Positions 28,776 through 39,986 of a DNA stretch of 64,000 bases are shown here, one piece after another. How positions within the stretch are numbered: the first letter of the stretch is position 1; every line of letters begins with the position of its first letter. The stretch is from assembly GCA_949879765.1 (NCBI GenBank), contig CATLBQ010000001.1:95742-159741 (forward strand), written 5' to 3'. The notes under the pieces are model-generated. The model was not told where the DNA came from. It saw only the letters and a program-made list of their open reading frames with translations, and searched no databases. The translations under genes and the position numbers were made by a program. Source of the stretch: an uncultured Bacilli bacterium (GTDB taxonomy: Bacteria; Bacillota_I; Bacilli_A; ML615J-28; CAG-313).

Positions 28776-29414
28776 CTATTTCTTATGAAAAGAAATTTTG
28801 TTTTCAGTACCTTGAATCAAGCGAACAATATTGGAACGATGTTTGAATATCACAAGACCATTGGCTATGAACAACGTAGCTAGGAAAAAGGTATCATGAA
28901 AACCAGGGATAAGTGGATCAAGAATAAAATAACCAACAATTAAACTGATACTAGTAATGATGGAAGCCAAAGATACATATCGCGTTGTAGTGACTACAAT
29001 TACAAAAATAATAAAGGAAAACAGCGCTAAAGGCCAACTATAAGCAATGATGACACCACTTAGACAAGAAATTCCTTTTCCTCCTTTAAATTTTAGATAA
29101 ACAGGAAAAAGATGACCTAAGATGGCCAACATCCCATAAACCAGTGGATGAATTTGTAATACGAAAAAAGGATCACGATAGTCAAACGCATATTTTGAAA
29201 TCAAAACAAAACAAGCCCCTTTTAGCGCATCTAATAGGTAAACCAAAAAGCCCCATTTGGTGCCTAGGGTTCTAAGTGCATTGGTGGCCCCAATATTATG
29301 ACTTCCTTTGTTTCGAATATCCACACCGCGCCATTTTCCAATTAAATAGCCAAAAGGAATGGAACCAATGAAATAAGAGGCCATCATCATTAAAATTGGA
29401 CAAAGTATCCCCAT
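28776..29414 (-). CDS. plsY: Glycerol-3-phosphate acyltransferase PlsY (acyl-phosphate dependent)
   Basis: 212 aa. The N-terminus is SYFIGSIPFGYLIGK, and the GSHNIGATNALRTLG motif is present. Its position next to parE/parC matches Bacillus. Confidence 0.85.
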   Translation of the reverse strand: MGILCPILMMMASYFIGSIPFGYLIGKWRGVDIRNKGSHNIGATNALRTLGTKWGFLVYLLDALKGACFVLISKYAFDYRDPFFVLQIHPLVYGMLAILGHLFPVYLKFKGGKGISCLSGVIIAYSWPLALFSFIIFVIVVTTTRYVSLASIITSISLIVGYFILDPLIPGFHDTFFLATLFIANGLVIFKHRSNIVRLIQGTENKISFHKK

Positions 29415-29562
29415 AATATATCCTCCTTTTTATATTGGTTTTATTATACTATCATCTCAATTTTTTTTCAAATGATATTCATTTTTTTTGCAAAAAAGAA
29501 ATATCGAAAAATGTCAAATTATCGATTTATCTATGGTTTAGTTATATTTTTTAACTATTTTT

Positions 29563-29592
29563 CTTGCAAAAAAAAAGGGGTTATGTTATAAT
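29563..29592 (+). promoter_or_regulatory. Promoter upstream of parE (TTGCAA, 17 nt spacer, extended -10 TGTTATAAT)
   Basis: TTGCAA at 29563-29568 and TGTTATAAT at 29584-29592. Confidence 0.45.
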
Positions 29593-29636
29593 GGAAATAA
29601 TGATTGAAAAAAATTGTAAAAGGGAGTGGAAAAAAT

Positions 29637-31577
29637 ATGGCGAAAGTAGCTAATGTCTACAATGAAGATTCGATTCAGGTATTGCAAGGGCTAGAAGCCG
29701 TTCGCAAACGACCTGGTATGTATATTGGATCAACCGATGCAAGAGGATTGCATCATTTGGTATGGGAAATTGTCGACAATGCGATTGATGAGGCACTATC
29801 TGGATATGGTTCACAAATTATTGTAAATATTCATAAGGATAATAGCGTAGAAGTTATCGATAATGGTCGAGGAATTCCTACTGGTATACACAAAGTTGAA
29901 AAACGCCCTACTCCTGAGGTTATTTTCAATACTTTACATGCGGGGGGAAAGTTTGATGCAGAGGGGGGATACAAAGTATCTGGAGGTCTTCATGGTGTAG
30001 GTTCATCTGTTGTCAATGCACTAAGTGAATGGCTAACTGTAACAATACATCGTGATGGAAAAATCTATAATCAAACCTATCGCAATGGTGGAAAAATAAT
30101 CGATAAACCAAGAAATTTGGGAGAAACCAAAAGAACAGGTTCAGCCATTCATTTCAAACCTGATCCAAAGATTTTTTCATCGACTATTTTTGAATATAAG
30201 ACGATAGCACAACGGTTAAAAGAATCAGCTTATTTGATCAAAGGATTAAGAATTGATTTAAATGACTTAAGAACCAATAAAAGTGATAGCTTTCATTATG
30301 AAAATGGAATTGTCGAATTTATCAAAAGCTTATGTGCTGGAAAAGACGCGCTATATGATCCGGTTTTTCTAAGTGGCAATCTATCCAAAATTAATATCGA
30401 AGTTGCCTTGATGTATTGTGAAAAAACATATAATGAAAATATTTTATCGTTTGTCAATAATATTCGTACAAGAGATGGTGGTACACATGAAGTCGGCTTT
30501 AAATCAGCTATTACTAGAGCATTTAATGATCATGCACGATTAATTGGGGCATTAAAGGATAAGGATTTGAATTTGGATGGTGCAGATATTCGAGAAGGAC
30601 TAACAGCCATTATTTCAATTCGAGTACCTGAAGATTTATTGCAATTTGAAGGACAAACCAAAAATAAATTGGGCACGCCTGAGGCCAAACCTGCTGTTGA
30701 GCAAGTTGTATATGATCAAGTGAAATCATATCTTGCGGAAAACGGTCAGATTTCTTCCAATTTGATAGGTAAAGCCATTCGTGCTTCTAAAGCAAGAGAA
30801 GCAGCAAAAAAAGCACGTGATGAAATTCGAATGGTTAAACAAAAGACTTCTAAACCAGCGAATTTGATTGGAAAATTAACACCAGCACAATACAAGAATC
30901 CAAATAAAAACGAATTATTTTTAGTAGAAGGTGATTCAGCTGGAGGTACAGCAAAGCAAGGTAGAGATCGAACATTTCAAGCGATTTTGCCACTACGCGG
31001 TAAAGTTATCAATACAGCAAAAGCCAAACTAGAAGAAGTACTGAAAAATGAAGAAATTATGTCCATTATTAATGCTATAGGTGGTGGATTTGGTAGAGAA
31101 TTTGATGTGTCTAAATCCAACTACAGCAAAGTCATCATCATGACCGATGCGGACACCGATGGTGCACATATTCAAATTTTGTTGTTAACTTTCTTTTATC
31201 GATATATGAAACCTTTGGTAGAAAATGGAATGGTGTATATTGCTACACCTCCACTATATAAAATTACGTATAAAAATGTGGTAGAATATGCTTGGACAGA
31301 TGAAGAATTACGTGAAAAAATTCAAAAGAAGAATGTTCAAATTCAGCGCTATAAAGGATTAGGAGAAATGAATGATCAACAGTTGTGGGAAACGACTATG
31401 GATCCTGAAAGAAGAACCTTAATTCAAGTCTTGATAGGTGAAGAAGGGGCTGCAGAAAATAAGATGAATATTTTGATGGGTGATGACGTAGAACCAAGAA
31501 GAGAATGGATCGAAAATAATGTTGTATTTGATGCGGATGATAACTTTGTGTTAGAGGATGTGAATGAAGATGAGTAG
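29637..31577 (+). CDS. parE: Type IIA topoisomerase ATPase subunit; called topoisomerase IV subunit B (ParE) from context
   Basis: GHKL ATPase and TOPRIM motifs are present ([37 protein letters not shown]). The start is at 29637 with an AGGGAG RBS. It sits beside plsY and away from an origin-type dnaA/gyrB context, as Bacillus parE-parC does. Confidence 0.65.
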   Translation: MAKVANVYNEDSIQVLQGLEAVRKRPGMYIGSTDARGLHHLVWEIVDNAIDEALSGYGSQIIVNIHKDNSVEVIDNGRGIPTGIHKVEKRPTPEVIFNTLHAGGKFDAEGGYKVSGGLHGVGSSVVNALSEWLTVTIHRDGKIYNQTYRNGGKIIDKPRNLGETKRTGSAIHFKPDPKIFSSTIFEYKTIAQRLKESAYLIKGLRIDLNDLRTNKSDSFHYENGIVEFIKSLCAGKDALYDPVFLSGNLSKINIEVALMYCEKTYNENILSFVNNIRTRDGGTHEVGFKSAITRAFNDHARLIGALKDKDLNLDGADIREGLTAIISIRVPEDLLQFEGQTKNKLGTPEAKPAVEQVVYDQVKSYLAENGQISSNLIGKAIRASKAREAAKKARDEIRMVKQKTSKPANLIGKLTPAQYKNPNKNELFLVEGDSAGGTAKQGRDRTFQAILPLRGKVINTAKAKLEEVLKNEEIMSIINAIGGGFGREFDVSKSNYSKVIIMTDADTDGAHIQILLLTFFYRYMKPLVENGMVYIATPPLYKITYKNVVEYAWTDEELREKIQKKNVQIQRYKGLGEMNDQQLWETTMDPERRTLIQVLIGEEGAAENKMNILMGDDVEPRREWIENNVVFDADDNFVLEDVNEDE

Positions 31578-34035
31578 TACATCAAAAAAAGTCGAAAAAT
31601 TTGTTGAAACATATGTAATAGAAAACTTTGAAAATATTATGGGAGATCGATTTGGTCGATATTCCAAATATATTATTCAAGACAGAGCTTTGCCAGATGT
31701 TCGTGATGGATTAAAGCCTGTACAACGTCGTATTTTGTTTGCTATGTTTAAACTTGGATTAACCTCGAACAAGCCCTTTAAAAAGTCTGCACGTATTGTA
31801 GGGGATGTTATCGGTAAATATCATCCACATGGAGATACAGCTGTATATGATGCAATGGTACGGATGAGTCAAGAATTTAAGATTCTGTTGCCACTTGTCG
31901 ATATGCATGGTAACAATGGTAGTATTGATGGTGACCCTGCTGCTGCAATGCGTTATACGGAAGCACGAATGAGTAAATTTTCTGAATTGATGCTAGAAGA
32001 TATCCACAAACATACTGTTGGCTTTGTTCCAAATTTTGATGATGAGGAATTAGAACCCATCGTTTTGCCATCAAAGTTTCCTAACGTACTTGTCAATGGG
32101 GCAAGTGGTATTTCTGCTGGTTATGCAACGGAAATTCCTCCACATAATCCTGGTGAGGTGATTGATGCTACAATTTATCGCATCGAACATCCTGCTTGTA
32201 CAACCGCTGAATTGATGCAGTTTGTACAAGGACCAGATTTTCCAACGGGGGCAATTGTGCAAGGCATTGAAGGACTAAGAGATGCTTATGAAACAGGAAG
32301 AGGGAAGGTTATTGTCACTTCTAAATATGAAATTGACACTACAAAAGTAGAACCAAGAATCATAGTGACAGAAATTCCTTTCGATGTCAATAAGGCTGTA
32401 CTGTTGCGTAAAATGAGTGATGTCCTACAAGCCAAAGGCGTAGATGGGGTAAAAATGATTCGAGATGAGTCAAGTAGACAAGGTCAACGAATCGTAATTG
32501 ATATTCGTCGTGATGTCAATCCTGAAACTATTTTGAGTTTTTTGCTCAAACAAACCGATTTACAAACGAGTTATAATTTCAATATGGTAGCTATATCACA
32601 AGGCAGACCTATGCAAATGGGGCTTGCGGATATACTCGATGCATACATTGCACACCAAAAAGAAGTTGTAACAAATAAGTGTAACTTTGAATTAGAAAAG
32701 GATTTAAAACGCTCTGAAGTTGTACAAGGATTGATCTCGATGGTTTCTATTTTGGATGCTGTAATTGCAACCATTCGAAATTCAAAAAATAAATCTGATG
32801 CAAAGGAAAACATCATTTCTAAATATGGGTTTACGGAAATACAAGCGGAAGCAATTGTGATGTTACAATTGTATCGTTTAACCAATACAGATATTTTTGC
32901 TTTAAAGACAGAGCAAAAAGAATTAGAACAAGAAATTAAGAAATTGCGACACATTTTATCAAGTGAAACAGCATTGATTAAAGTCATTGTCAATGAATTA
33001 GGTCGAGTAAAACAAGCCATCGATAGACCAAGAAAAACTCAGGTACAACACGAAATTACAGAAGTAGAAGTAAAAACGGAGGAATTCATTGCTAAAGAAG
33101 ATGTCATTTTGATGATTACACATGATGGATATTTAAAACGTCTAAGCAAAAAGGCTTTCTTTGGCACAAATGAACCAACGAAATTAAAAGATGGCGATGT
33201 TATCAGCGATATTTACGAAGTATCGACAACCGATACATTGATTCAATTTACGGATCGAGGCAATTATGTATTCTTACCAATCCATAAAATACCTGAATCG
33301 AAACATAAAGATCAAGGTATTCATGTGAGTACATTGATAGGAATGGAAACCAATGAAAAAGTGATTTTCTCATTCCCTGTATCGGATTTCAATGAAGAAA
33401 AATATGTTCTCCTTGCGACAAAATCAGGCTTAATCAAGCGAATTCAATTGTCTAGTTTGTACGTTACTCGATACTCTAAGGCATTAAAAGCCACCAAATT
33501 AAAAGATGATGATGCGGTAATGAGTGCCGATGTTGCTAAGGGCAGTCAGTATGAAGTGGTTATTGCTACCAAAGATGGCTTTATGAATCGTTATGATGCA
33601 TCTGAAGTAAGTGTAATTGAACCGGCTTCTTTTGGGGTGAAGTCTATCGAATTAAAGAATCGTCCTAATGATTATGTAGTAGGGGCCAAATATGTAAGTG
33701 AGAAAGACATTGTTTTGATTTTAACAAATCGGGGCAATATCAAACGAATGAGACCTGAGGAAATTAACAAAGGAAAGAAGAACAATGTAGGAAAAATGTA
33801 TTTGAAGACGGTTCGCTCGAATATGCATGAAGCGATTGATTTAGAGGTAATTCATGCTAAGAACGCCAATAGCGATTTGGCTAGTTATGTATTCTGCGAA
33901 AAGGGATTCATTGAAATTGATTATACGATTTTAAGAACAGCTATTGCGGATAACGGGAAGAAGTTTGTGCCAGCTGAAAATGGTAAGCCATATGAAATTG
34001 TTATTTGCCGAAATGATATGGATTTAGAACTCTAA
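31564..34035 (+). CDS. parC: Type IIA topoisomerase subunit A; called topoisomerase IV subunit A (ParC) from context
   Basis: 823 aa. The active-site Tyr region reads [11 protein letters not shown]. It also has [21 protein letters not shown]. The start overlaps the parE stop. Confidence 0.65.
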   Translation: MKMSSTSKKVEKFVETYVIENFENIMGDRFGRYSKYIIQDRALPDVRDGLKPVQRRILFAMFKLGLTSNKPFKKSARIVGDVIGKYHPHGDTAVYDAMVRMSQEFKILLPLVDMHGNNGSIDGDPAAAMRYTEARMSKFSELMLEDIHKHTVGFVPNFDDEELEPIVLPSKFPNVLVNGASGISAGYATEIPPHNPGEVIDATIYRIEHPACTTAELMQFVQGPDFPTGAIVQGIEGLRDAYETGRGKVIVTSKYEIDTTKVEPRIIVTEIPFDVNKAVLLRKMSDVLQAKGVDGVKMIRDESSRQGQRIVIDIRRDVNPETILSFLLKQTDLQTSYNFNMVAISQGRPMQMGLADILDAYIAHQKEVVTNKCNFELEKDLKRSEVVQGLISMVSILDAVIATIRNSKNKSDAKENIISKYGFTEIQAEAIVMLQLYRLTNTDIFALKTEQKELEQEIKKLRHILSSETALIKVIVNELGRVKQAIDRPRKTQVQHEITEVEVKTEEFIAKEDVILMITHDGYLKRLSKKAFFGTNEPTKLKDGDVISDIYEVSTTDTLIQFTDRGNYVFLPIHKIPESKHKDQGIHVSTLIGMETNEKVIFSFPVSDFNEEKYVLLATKSGLIKRIQLSSLYVTRYSKALKATKLKDDDAVMSADVAKGSQYEVVIATKDGFMNRYDASEVSVIEPASFGVKSIELKNRPNDYVVGAKYVSEKDIVLILTNRGNIKRMRPEEINKGKKNNVGKMYLKTVRSNMHEAIDLEVIHAKNANSDLASYVFCEKGFIEIDYTILRTAIADNGKKFVPAENGKPYEIVICRNDMDLEL

Positions 34036-34104
34036 AAATTATTTATCATTATAAGGCAAATAAAAAACGAAATATGGTATAATGTGTCAAGTGAGGTGAA
34101 GAAC

Positions 34105-36150
34105 ATGTTTAAAATTGCCATTGATGGACCCGCTGGATCAGGAAAATCTACTATCTCAAAAATAATTGCGAAAGAATTGAATTTTGAATATATCGATACG
34201 GGAGCAATGTATCGCGCAATTACGTTAAAGGCGATTCGTTTAGGAATTGATATGGAAAACCCTGAGGCTTATGGGTTCTTAGCAAATACTGAATTAGATG
34301 TTTGCAATGGACGTTTTATTATGGATGGTGAAGATGTAAGCGATGCAATTCGCAGCGTCGAAGTTACCAATCAAGTTTCTACACCTTCTAAAATAGAAGT
34401 AGTCAGAGATTATCTTGTTGATTATCAACGTAAAATCAGCAATGCAAAGAATTGTATCATGGATGGTCGTGATATTGGAACAGTTGTATTAAAAGACGCC
34501 TCACTGAAAATCTATTTGGATGCGCGAGTTGAATGCCGCGCAAGAAGAAGAATGATGGAGCGTGCTGAAAAGGGAATACATTTGACCCTTGAACAGACCA
34601 TCCAAGAGATTGAACTTCGTGATTGGAAAGATTCCACACGTAAGTATAGCCCTCTTCGTTGTGCAGAGGATGCTATAGTCATTGATAGTACCGATTTATC
34701 AATTGATGAAGTAGTTAGTCGGATTATAAATTTAGTGATTGAGAGGAAAAACAAAATGAGTAAAGGTACTTACACTGAGGGACAAAACGTTAGAGGATGC
34801 ATTATCAATGTGACCAAGGATGCAATCTATTTAATTTTAGGGGAAGATGAGAAAGGCGTTATCTACAGCAACGATTTAAAAGATTATACAGAAGGTCAAA
34901 AACTTTACAATCTATATCATGAGGGTGAAGAATTTGAAGCAAGCGTAAAAACTGTAGGTAAGGATCGCAAAACTGGCGAACCACTTTATATTTTATCTAC
35001 CAAACTAGAAGATGAAAAAGCAAAATTAAGCATTTTTGAAGAAATCAAAGAAAAGGATGAAATCATCAAAGCAAAAGTAACCCGCATTACTGCAGTTGGT
35101 GCAGATATGGATTACAAAGGATTTAAATTATTCTTACCAGCAAAATTCATTGATTTGAAAGAAGATGCATTGAAAACGTTAAAGGGTCAAGTATTAGATG
35201 TAATGGTTATTTATGTCAATAAGGATCGTTTCCAAGTGACTGTATCTAACGTAATGGCTATGAAAAAGCAATATCGTCTTGCTAAGGAAGCAGCATATGC
35301 GGCAATTTCAGAAGGAATGGAAATAACTGGAGAAGTTGTCAATGTACTTCCATATGGTGCAATCATTAACCTCGGTGAAGTGAGTGGTTTATTACACCAA
35401 TCAGAAATTGATCATAAGCCTATTAGAAATGTTGCCAATCGTCTAAAAGTAGGCGATAAAGTAAATGTAAAAGTAATCGGAATCAATGGAAATAAGATTT
35501 CTTTATCTATGAAAGCTCTTGTTCCACACCCATGGGATGTTTTAAAAGAACAATATCATGTAGGTGATGTGTTTGAAGGAACAGTACAAAAAATTATTCC
35601 TGCAGGTGTATTGATTACGTTAACATCTGAATATGCTGGACTAATGCCAAGAGGTGAATATTCTTGGTTCAGTAATGTGAAAATTGAAGATAATGTCCAA
35701 GAGGGTTCAACATTAAAAGTACAAGTGATGAATATCGATGATGAGAAAAAACGGGTAAGTTTATCTCATAAAGTGACTTTGGAAAATACTTGGGTAGATA
35801 TCAAACTACGTAGAGGCGAAAAAATTTCAGTTGTATTAGCAAGTACAACTGAACATGGAGCACTTGTCAATTACAAGAATGTTCAAGGTTTCTTACCAAT
35901 CAATGAAGTCACTAGTTTAAAGCGTATTTCAAAAGTTGATGAAGTATTCCCTATCGGTAGTACGATTGAAGTAATGGTTCAAGAATGTGATCCATCTGTT
36001 GCTAAATTGCGCGTTAGTGCAAAAGCAGTTGAGGTGGCCAAAGAAAGGGCTACTTTTGACAAATATATCGAACAACAAGACAAAGAAACACCAACTAGTA
36101 CAATCGGTGATTTACTTGGTGATCTTCGTTTTGATAAGGACGAAGACTAA
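34105..36150 (+). CDS. cmk-rpsA: In-frame fusion of cytidylate kinase (Cmk, N-terminal ~217 aa) and a ribosomal protein S1 homolog (C-terminal ~465 aa, four S1 domains)
   Basis: Start at the ATG at 34105 (GAGGTG RBS). The Cmk P-loop is IAIDGPAGSGKSTISK and the lid region is also present. There is no stop before MSKGTYTEGQ at 34756. S1 repeats follow (for example GEVVNVLPYGAIINLG and GTVQKIIPAGVLITL). An internal AGAGGA RBS lies 9 nt before the ATG at 34756. Confidence 0.8.
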   Translation: MFKIAIDGPAGSGKSTISKIIAKELNFEYIDTGAMYRAITLKAIRLGIDMENPEAYGFLANTELDVCNGRFIMDGEDVSDAIRSVEVTNQVSTPSKIEVVRDYLVDYQRKISNAKNCIMDGRDIGTVVLKDASLKIYLDARVECRARRRMMERAEKGIHLTLEQTIQEIELRDWKDSTRKYSPLRCAEDAIVIDSTDLSIDEVVSRIINLVIERKNKMSKGTYTEGQNVRGCIINVTKDAIYLILGEDEKGVIYSNDLKDYTEGQKLYNLYHEGEEFEASVKTVGKDRKTGEPLYILSTKLEDEKAKLSIFEEIKEKDEIIKAKVTRITAVGADMDYKGFKLFLPAKFIDLKEDALKTLKGQVLDVMVIYVNKDRFQVTVSNVMAMKKQYRLAKEAAYAAISEGMEITGEVVNVLPYGAIINLGEVSGLLHQSEIDHKPIRNVANRLKVGDKVNVKVIGINGNKISLSMKALVPHPWDVLKEQYHVGDVFEGTVQKIIPAGVLITLTSEYAGLMPRGEYSWFSNVKIEDNVQEGSTLKVQVMNIDDEKKRVSLSHKVTLENTWVDIKLRRGEKISVVLASTTEHGALVNYKNVQGFLPINEVTSLKRISKVDEVFPIGSTIEVMVQECDPSVAKLRVSAKAVEVAKERATFDKYIEQQDKETPTSTIGDLLGDLRFDKDED

Positions 36151-36155
36151 TCTGT

Positions 36156-37484
36156 ATGAAACGTGGCACTGTAGCAATTATCGGGCGTCCGAATGTGGGA
36201 AAATCCAGTTTGTTTAATCGACTTTCCGGAGAAAAATTGGCCATTACAGATGATGTCAGTGGGATTACCAGAGACCGTTTATATACGCAATGTGAATGGT
36301 TGGATCAAGAGTTTTCTTTGATTGATACAGGAGGGATTGAACTCAAGCAAGTTCCTTTTATGGAAGAGATCAAAGCACAAGCAGAACTTGCCATTGATGA
36401 GGCTGATTTGATTCTTTTGGTCACTGATGGTAGAGTGGGAATCACAAATGGTGATGAAGATGTAATGCGTATATTACATAGAAGCAAGAAACCGGTAATT
36501 GTTGCGGCAAACAAAATAGACGATGTAAAATTCATGGATAATATCTATGAATTTTATAATTTAGGCGCAGAAGAAGTATTTGCTGTAAGTGCATTACATG
36601 GGATTGGCATTGGCGATATGCTCGATTGCATCGTCCGCCTTTTACCAGAAAAGAAAATAAAAAAATATGAAGACACCATTGAATTTTGTATTATTGGTCA
36701 ACCCAATGTAGGAAAGAGCTCATTAACGAATGCTATACTTGGAACAGAACGCGTTATTGTTAGTGACATTGCGGGTACGACACGTGATGCAATCGATTCA
36801 AAATTCACCAAAGATGGGAAAGATTATGTTGTTATCGATACAGCAGGTATTAGAAAACAAGGAAAAATATATGAAAATGCAGAAAAATATAGCGTATTGA
36901 GAGCATTAAAAGCCATAGAACGTTCAAGTATAGTTCTATTTGTACTAGATGGAACAAAGGATATTGAAGAACAAGACAAGCGAATTGCGGGTTATGCTTC
37001 TGAATATAATAAAGGGGTTATCATTGTTGTCAATAAATGGGATGCAGTTGAAAAAGATGAAAAGTCTATGAAGGCATATACTGAAAAAATCAGAAGTCAT
37101 TTCTTATTTTTGAGTTATGCACCCATTGTATTTGTTTCTGCACTTAAAAATCAACGTATTCATACCTTGTTTGAACAAATTGGTATAGTGTATGAGAATT
37201 ACAATAGAAGAATTGCGACCAATGTAATGAATGACATTCTATTAGATGCCTCTATTATGAATCAGGCACCAATATTCAATGGTGATCGTATTCGAATTTA
37301 TTATGGTTCACAAGTAGAAATCACACCACCAACAATAGTACTATTTGTAAATGATCCAAGCTATATGCACTTTTCATATCAACGTTATATTGAAAATCGT
37401 TTACGAGAGGCTTTTCTACTAGAAGGAACACCGATTAAAATTATATTAAGGAAGAAGGAAAATGAATGGAAAAGATTTCAGTGA
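36156..37484 (+). CDS. der: Ribosome biogenesis GTPase Der (EngA), tandem GTPase domains plus KH-like domain
   Basis: G1 motifs are GRPNVGKSSLFN and GQPNVGKSSLTN, with DTGG and DTAG. Confidence 0.9.
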   Translation: MKRGTVAIIGRPNVGKSSLFNRLSGEKLAITDDVSGITRDRLYTQCEWLDQEFSLIDTGGIELKQVPFMEEIKAQAELAIDEADLILLVTDGRVGITNGDEDVMRILHRSKKPVIVAANKIDDVKFMDNIYEFYNLGAEEVFAVSALHGIGIGDMLDCIVRLLPEKKIKKYEDTIEFCIIGQPNVGKSSLTNAILGTERVIVSDIAGTTRDAIDSKFTKDGKDYVVIDTAGIRKQGKIYENAEKYSVLRALKAIERSSIVLFVLDGTKDIEEQDKRIAGYASEYNKGVIIVVNKWDAVEKDEKSMKAYTEKIRSHFLFLSYAPIVFVSALKNQRIHTLFEQIGIVYENYNRRIATNVMNDILLDASIMNQAPIFNGDRIRIYYGSQVEITPPTIVLFVNDPSYMHFSYQRYIENRLREAFLLEGTPIKIILRKKENEWKRFQ

Positions 37485-38467
37485 TTGGCGCTGGGAGCTG
37501 GGGGAGTGCCCTAGCAAGAATATTAGGTGATAATCAACATGATGTCTTACTATATGATACCGATTGTGATGTTGTCAATGAAATCAATCAATATCACACC
37601 AATTTAAAAAAATTGCCAGTTGGGCGCTTGCCTGAGCGTGTGAAAGCTACAAATGTGATGAAAGAGGCATTGGACTTCGCACAGATTGTGATTTTGGCTG
37701 TTCCAACTAAGGTTTTGCGTGAAGTACTTGGCCAAATGAATCAATATCTGACTTCTGCTAAATTATTTGTCAATACTTCAAAGGCTTTAGAACCGAAAAC
37801 TTTTCTTCGGGTTTCTGAAGTATTGCGCGAAGTGATTGATGAATCTTATATTCAAGGATTTGTTGCTCTAACGGGACCATCTCATGCAGAAGAAGTAATA
37901 CGACAAATGTTAACAACGATTTGTGCGGTAAGTAATAACCGAGCAGATGCCATAAAAGTGCAACACTTATTTAATAATCACACTTATTTTAGAGTATATA
38001 CGGGAAGTGATTTGATTGGATCTGAACTTTGTGGATCCATTAAAAATGTATATGCGATTGCATCGGGTATGTTAGAAGGGCTTGGCCTTGGAGACAATGC
38101 GAGAGCAGGTCTTATCTCAAGAGCACTCGTAGAGATGAAACGCATTGTCGTTGCACTAGGGGCAAAAGAGGAAACCCTATATGGCTTAACCGGTATTGGC
38201 GATTTGGTGGTTACCACCACTTCACATCATTCACGTAACTTTCAAGCTGGTGTAAAACTTGCTCAAGGAAAAAATTTGGATGAGACCATTGCATCAATGT
38301 CAATGGTAGTAGAGGGAGCAAGAACGGCTGAGGCTGTCTATTTGAAATCAAAAGCATTGGGGCTAGAAACACCAATCATTGACGCGGTATATCGTGTCAT
38401 TTATGAGAAACAAGGTGTACAAGAAGCAGTAAATGAATTGATGATGCGTTCTTTGAAAGAAGAATAG
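37466..38467 (+). CDS. gpsA: NAD(P)H-dependent glycerol-3-phosphate dehydrogenase
   Basis: The Rossmann motif is MEKISVIGAGSWGSALA. It overlaps the der stop, and cmk-rpsA-der-gpsA matches the Bacillus order. Confidence 0.9.
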   Translation: MEKISVIGAGSWGSALARILGDNQHDVLLYDTDCDVVNEINQYHTNLKKLPVGRLPERVKATNVMKEALDFAQIVILAVPTKVLREVLGQMNQYLTSAKLFVNTSKALEPKTFLRVSEVLREVIDESYIQGFVALTGPSHAEEVIRQMLTTICAVSNNRADAIKVQHLFNNHTYFRVYTGSDLIGSELCGSIKNVYAIASGMLEGLGLGDNARAGLISRALVEMKRIVVALGAKEETLYGLTGIGDLVVTTTSHHSRNFQAGVKLAQGKNLDETIASMSMVVEGARTAEAVYLKSKALGLETPIIDAVYRVIYEKQGVQEAVNELMMRSLKEE

Positions 38468-38492
38468 AGGAAATAGAGTCTACATTAGGATG

Positions 38493-38528
38493 ATCTATTG
38501 AAACATCGACTAGATATGATACTAGTCG
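38493..38528 (+). terminator. Strong Rho-independent terminator after gpsA
   Basis: Perfect 12-bp stem AACATCGACTAG / CTAGTCGATGTT followed by a T5 run. Confidence 0.85.
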
Positions 38529-38687
38529 ATGTTTTTATTAAGGAGATAGGATAGGTGATAACAGAAGGATGAAATACTATCGTTTCTTTATTTCTATTAT
38601 TTTTTATGACCTGTTCATTAAAAAAATTTTTCTTCATAAAAATAAGAAGACAAGCATATTTTTGTTTCCAAGTGAAATACTAAAGAT

Positions 38688-39842
38688 ATGAAAAAAATAA
38701 TATGTTTATTGATGATGATGGCTTTTGTGCTTTGTTCGTGTCAAAAAAAGCCAATAGGTGGACAAACACAAATGGCAATGATAAAAGAATTCTATTTTGA
38801 CGAAACGCAGCAAATGAGATATTCAAGTGTTGATGATCAAATTGATACACAATTGTTTTTGAAAATCCAACAGACCTATCAAAAAATCAGTGAAAATCAT
38901 CATACGCCAATTCATCTCAACTGCGAATCCTATTGGAATGAAAAAATAGTTAGTTATTTGGTTCATTTTTATGCACCAAATGTAGAAATGTTAAAAACCT
39001 ATCATTTTGATCTAAGGAGTAAACAATCTATTCAAATCAATTCTAAGCAACTAAAAAACGCATTGGATGCACATTTTGATCATCAATTCAGTTTTGATAC
39101 TCAGGATATGGGACTGATTCAAACAAGTATCCAATCTGATGGTTTTCACGTATATTTGTCGCCATTACTAACGAAAAATAAAACGGAAGAAGTCATTTTA
39201 CCTTATGAGGAAAGTTGGTTAGAAAAAGAGGTAGAACTAACTACACCATTATTGAAGCTTATTGCCATTACATTTGACGATGGTCCTAGTGCTTGGTCCA
39301 AGGAACTAGTGGATTTGTTAGATGAATTGGATATTGTCGCAACTTTTTTTGTCTTAGGTGGAAATGTAGAACGTTATTCTAACGAATTAAAGTACATTGC
39401 TTCTCACGGACATGAAATTGGTAATCATTCTTACAATCATCCTGATTTTAAAAAATTGACACTAGATCAAGCACTCTTAGAGATTGAGAAGACGCAACAA
39501 ATAGTTTATGAGACAATTCATAAATATCCAAGGTTGTTTCGGTTTCCGTATGGTTCTGTTCATCAAGAAGTCCTTCATCGTATATCCCTTCGGAGTATTT
39601 TATGGACAGCAGATTCGTTAGATTGGCAGTGTTATGATAGTCAGTGGATTATTGAACAAATGAAAAAGCAAGTTAAGGAACATGGAATCATGCTCTTTCA
39701 CGATTTCAAATATTACAATCAGAAGGCCATTATCCAATTGGTAAAAGATTTGAAAGCAGAAGGATACACTTTTGTCACAGTGACAGAATTGCTAGGATTT
39801 TATGGCGAGGAAGATTTTTTAGAGTCAAAAAATTATTTTTAA
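38688..39842 (+). CDS. Lipoprotein with C-terminal polysaccharide deacetylase (NodB homology) domain
   Basis: Signal peptide MMMAFVLCSC. NodB motifs TFDDGP and HGHEIGNHSYNH, then RFPYG and LFHD. Confidence 0.75.
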   Translation: MKKIICLLMMMAFVLCSCQKKPIGGQTQMAMIKEFYFDETQQMRYSSVDDQIDTQLFLKIQQTYQKISENHHTPIHLNCESYWNEKIVSYLVHFYAPNVEMLKTYHFDLRSKQSIQINSKQLKNALDAHFDHQFSFDTQDMGLIQTSIQSDGFHVYLSPLLTKNKTEEVILPYEESWLEKEVELTTPLLKLIAITFDDGPSAWSKELVDLLDELDIVATFFVLGGNVERYSNELKYIASHGHEIGNHSYNHPDFKKLTLDQALLEIEKTQQIVYETIHKYPRLFRFPYGSVHQEVLHRISLRSILWTADSLDWQCYDSQWIIEQMKKQVKEHGIMLFHDFKYYNQKAIIQLVKDLKAEGYTFVTVTELLGFYGEEDFLESKNYF

Positions 39843-39986
39843 TGTTAAATTTAAAGGAATATTTTGCAAAAATATTCCTTTTTGTATTGTCTTGTAGTTT
39901 TTTAATAAAACAATATCAATTTATTGCAAAAAAGTAAAGATGATGTTATAATAAAAGTGATTTTTTAGAAGGGAAATTTGCGGAAT

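Noticed and set aside
29637-34035. Calling the type IIA topoisomerase pair gyrB/gyrA
   Set aside because: The pair sits beside plsY and far from any dnaA/dnaN/recF origin context. That matches the Bacillus plsY-parE-parC arrangement, and the sizes (about 647 and 823 aa) fit ParE/ParC. It is called topoisomerase IV with moderate confidence only.
34756-36150. Treating the S1-domain protein as a separate gene from cmk
   Set aside because: There is no stop codon between the Cmk and S1 portions in this sequence. It is reported as a fusion with an internal start site instead.
38552-38692. Possible 39-aa ORF (MKYYRFFISIIFYDLFIKK...) upstream of the deacetylase lipoprotein gene
   Set aside because: It has a weak and oddly spaced RBS, an AT-rich low-complexity sequence, and it overlaps the next start. 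It is more likely a 5' UTR.
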